Below the pieces are notes generated by a model, which saw nothing but the letters and a program-made list of their open reading frames with translations, did no database searches and had not been told where the DNA came from. A stretch of DNA of 64,000 nt, taken from Eutreptiella sp. 'Long Island Sound 2002'. Taxonomy: Eukaryota > Protista > Euglenida. The first letter of the stretch is position 1, and the number at the start of each line of letters is the position of its first letter. The position numbers and the translations under genes were made by a program. Shown one piece after another: positions 61,336 to 64,000 of the stretch. The stretch lies in the NCBI GenBank assembly GCA_964036045.1, contig OZ038378.1, positions 173,228,001-173,292,000 on the forward strand, given 5' to 3'.

Positions 61336-62493
61336 ATGGTCCGTCTTGTGGGGGATTTCTGCTTGGATCTAGCCCTGCTGTCTGGGCACCGCCACAAGAC
61401 TCGCTCACTAGTGGCCAACAGCTTGAAATCCGTGGCCAAACTGGAGGGCTGGCAAATATGCCTGCTTGTTTTCGCCAGCTGCTGCGTTTGGTGCATTTGC
61501 GCACACTGCGTGTTCCTGCGGCTGTGTACATGCCTACGTAAGCGGCAGAAGATGAGTGGCCGAGCCCTTAAGATGGGCCCATGTGACCCATACCGCATTC
61601 TGGGCGCACACCGGGGTGGCTCCTGTGAGGGCGCGGAGAACACCATGTACGCCTTCGGGAATGCGATAGGGCTCGGGCTCAACCTGATGGAGTGCGACGT
61701 GCATTTAACGAAAGACCAGCAGGTTGTGATTTGCCACGATGGCACGCTTGGGAGATTGTGCGGCGAGGAGCACACCGGGAAAAGCATCGCCGACTACAAC
61801 CTCGCCGACCTGCCGCCGCTGCGGCGCAAGATCCAGCAAACCTTCGCGCCGGGCCATTACACGCTTAGCGACCGCGAGGACGGCCGGTTCACCACGCTGC
61901 GCCAGCTATTCGAGAATTGCCGAGACGTGTACATCAGCATCGACTGCAAAGGCGGTGGTGAGGCCGTCGGTGCCGCAGTCAACGACCTCATCCGCGAATA
62001 CCGCCGCGAAGATCTTACCGTGTGGGGCAGCATGTCCCGGGAAAGCCACCGCAAGATTCGCGCACTCAACCCTGATGTCCCATGTTTCTACAGTGCGACA
62101 GAAGTTCTGGCGATATACTTGTGGTGGCTATGCGGCTGCCTCTTCTGTTGCCCCCTGCCATCTGAGATCTTCATGCCTCCGCAGTTCACTGATGCGAGCG
62201 TCGCGGCTCTGACAGCGCGCGTCAGCCAAGGTGCACTCAGGGGACGTTGCTTGAGCTGCCTGTTGGGGTTGCTCAACTGCATCCACAAGCGCTCCACCGC
62301 GCTATTTAGGCATCTTCGTGCGCGCGGGAACTGGGTTGTTATGTGGGTGGTCAATAGCCAAGAGGAGATGCAGGAATGCCATGAGCAGTTTGGGGACGAA
62401 TTGGATGGGATTTTGACCGATTGCCCTACGGAGCTCACAGAGTTCATACGCAGGAAGGGCGTGGAGTTGGACGTTGCGGTCACAGAGGAGTAG
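61336..62493 (+). CDS. Glycerophosphodiester phosphodiesterase, GDPD1/GDE4-like (lysophospholipase D type), intronless; alternative start at 61552
   Basis: GAHRGG...ENTM.AF, MECDVHLTKD..VVICHD, IDCK, WVVN and DGILTDCP are GDPD catalytic motifs. A hydrophobic Cys-rich segment precedes basic RKRQK upstream, and LAIYLWWLCGCLF lies internally, matching the GDE4/GDE7 membrane architecture. Confidence 0.9.
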   Translation: MVRLVGDFCLDLALLSGHRHKTRSLVANSLKSVAKLEGWQICLLVFASCCVWCICAHCVFLRLCTCLRKRQKMSGRALKMGPCDPYRILGAHRGGSCEGAENTMYAFGNAIGLGLNLMECDVHLTKDQQVVICHDGTLGRLCGEEHTGKSIADYNLADLPPLRRKIQQTFAPGHYTLSDREDGRFTTLRQLFENCRDVYISIDCKGGGEAVGAAVNDLIREYRREDLTVWGSMSRESHRKIRALNPDVPCFYSATEVLAIYLWWLCGCLFCCPLPSEIFMPPQFTDASVAALTARVSQGALRGRCLSCLLGLLNCIHKRSTALFRHLRARGNWVVMWVVNSQEEMQECHEQFGDELDGILTDCPTELTEFIRRKGVELDVAVTEE

Positions 62494-63110
62494 AACTGCT
62501 TGTTGCGTTGTGCACAGCGCTCCCTCGGGTTGCGTGTTACTTTGATATGTTCCAGAGCATTTCAGTAGCCCGTTTGCCTCACGTCAAGGGTATGGCTGAC
62601 CCTGGAAATTGCCGACAATATTCCCCACGGCGATGGCGATTGAGATACAATAATTCGCAGCGTACGGGTGTTTTGATGCGTCATATGTCGCTTTGCCGAA
62701 TCGTATGAATCTTTATACCCCGGAGTTTCGTTGAATTTGTGGTGATAGTACTCATTTGCTCTTGCTTGGCTGTGAGGTTGAGTTCTCGTCTAGCTTTCGC
62801 GGGCCGAACCTGGATGTGCAAAGTACTTGCCGACGCCGGCGTGCGAAGTCTCTGGTTGACAAGCGTAGAGCCTGCGGACCCCCAATTTCAGAGACCAATT
62901 GCCTGCAAAATACCAATACTCTGAGATTTGTGACAGAGTGCAACTGAATAATTGTGGCTTTGGCTCTGCTTTTTTGCGGGTACAACATCCACGGTTCACA
63001 TGATTTGCGCGTTCAGCATGCGATCAAGGTCTCGGAGGCCATAGCACAGATAAGTCAGAGCTTTAGAACCGTTTGGTGCGTAAAATTAGTAGCTTTCGGG
63101 CCGCCTGCTC

Positions 63111-63758
63111 TTGCTGCGGTGGAGATTCATGGTGCGTAGCACCGTGGCTGGATGGGTGGGAGTCGGGGTGGGGGCCACATTAGGGGTCGCGGTCCCTTCA
63201 CATGTCAACATCCTGGGGAGGCCGAAGGGCAACCTTCCGCAGACTGGTCACCAACCGGTTGAGCTCATTGAACTAGAACTCTCCCGCACCACCAGCTTTC
63301 GAGTATTTCTTCCTACGCATCTCGAGAGGCATCCCTCATCCATCGCTGAATTCACCCCATGTTTCGCTTGTTTGCACCAAATACAAGCCTTGATCCAGAA
63401 GGACAATCCCCCCTTCAAGCCCTGGTTGATGGAAGTGGCGCATTGCGCCATGAAGAATCAGATCAAATTGCTGGCCAACTATCCCTGGGCCGAGCATTTG
63501 CCCTCTGTGCTCCAGACCCCATTTTTGACAACGCTTCATGTGAATGCGGACACACTGGTCTATTTTGACTTGACGCCAGGTTTTGAGTGCACTTCGTTGT
63601 GGTTTGTTGTGGCGTGCTTCTGGGCTGTGTGTTCGGAGTGTGTATGGTTACTGCAGATATTCCCAGCGCATGGTTGGGACCGAGGGTGGGGTTTTCTCCA
63701 GTGGGAATTTGTCACTCTTTCCGACGTGTGGCTACACAGTGTGACCCCTCAACCCTGA
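63111..63758 (+). CDS. Possible exon(s) of an unidentified gene continuing beyond the window
   Basis: Protein-like stretch KDNPPFKPWLMEVAHCAMKNQIKLLANYPWAEHLPSVLQTPFLTTLHVNADTLVYFDLTP with plausible AG/GT borders. No family recognised and the frame is uncertain. Confidence 0.3.
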   Translation: MLRWRFMVRSTVAGWVGVGVGATLGVAVPSHVNILGRPKGNLPQTGHQPVELIELELSRTTSFRVFLPTHLERHPSSIAEFTPCFACLHQIQALIQKDNPPFKPWLMEVAHCAMKNQIKLLANYPWAEHLPSVLQTPFLTTLHVNADTLVYFDLTPGFECTSLWFVVACFWAVCSECVWLLQIFPAHGWDRGWGFLQWEFVTLSDVWLHSVTPQP

Positions 63759-64000
63759 TGAGCACAGAAAATTTGAGGCTTCAACTCCCCCTTCCCCAGA
63801 GGGAAAGCACCTAGACTGGCAGTACCCTTGAATCCTTTTGCTCGGAATGAAAGCGTGGGCTAAGGCGGTAACCATCACCCTCCACAGTACCAGCCCACTG
63901 GGGCCACATTCCCCCCTAAAATATATGTTATTTGTTTGGCATGGGACCGTCATATGCATCCTGGATCTGACCAGTGCGATGGAGGGGGGCTGTTCCTGAA

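Noticed and set aside
1-64000. CRISPR arrays, prokaryotic operons, intact tRNA or SL-RNA genes
   Set aside because: None seen; the repeats lack a regular repeat-spacer structure and the gene structure is eukaryotic.

Overview
Eukaryotic, intron-containing genomic DNA, most likely from a euglenid (Euglenozoa). This rests on a truncated SSU rRNA copy with euglenid-like motifs and a uS4/RPS9 resembling kinetoplastid and euglenid orthologues, both compared from memory. Well-supported genes are a 4-exon FolD with an unusual N-terminal hydrophobic anchor (42310-46792 +), intronless RPS9 (54844-55440 -) head-to-head with a two-exon PPC decarboxylase (55922-57053 +), a GDPD1/GDE4-like phosphodiesterase (61336-62493 +), and a 4-kb intronless mosaic ORF (29094-33104 +). 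That ORF carries permuted C2 domains, a degenerate RelA/SpoT-synthetase-like segment, ankyrin-like repeats and 21 RI-type LRRs, and is preceded by a possible relict spliced leader. Less certain are a spliced methyltransferase-like and coiled-coil gene or genes (995-14347 +) and a minus-strand spliced gene fragment (26324-27893). Introns and intergenic DNA hold many repeats: a modular dispersed family, a ~0.9-kb foldback, two PIF/Harbinger-like elements with 3-bp TSDs, shared ends and unrelated interiors, and a decayed 5' half of the 18S rRNA gene. All gene models and alignments were made by eye, with no database searches.
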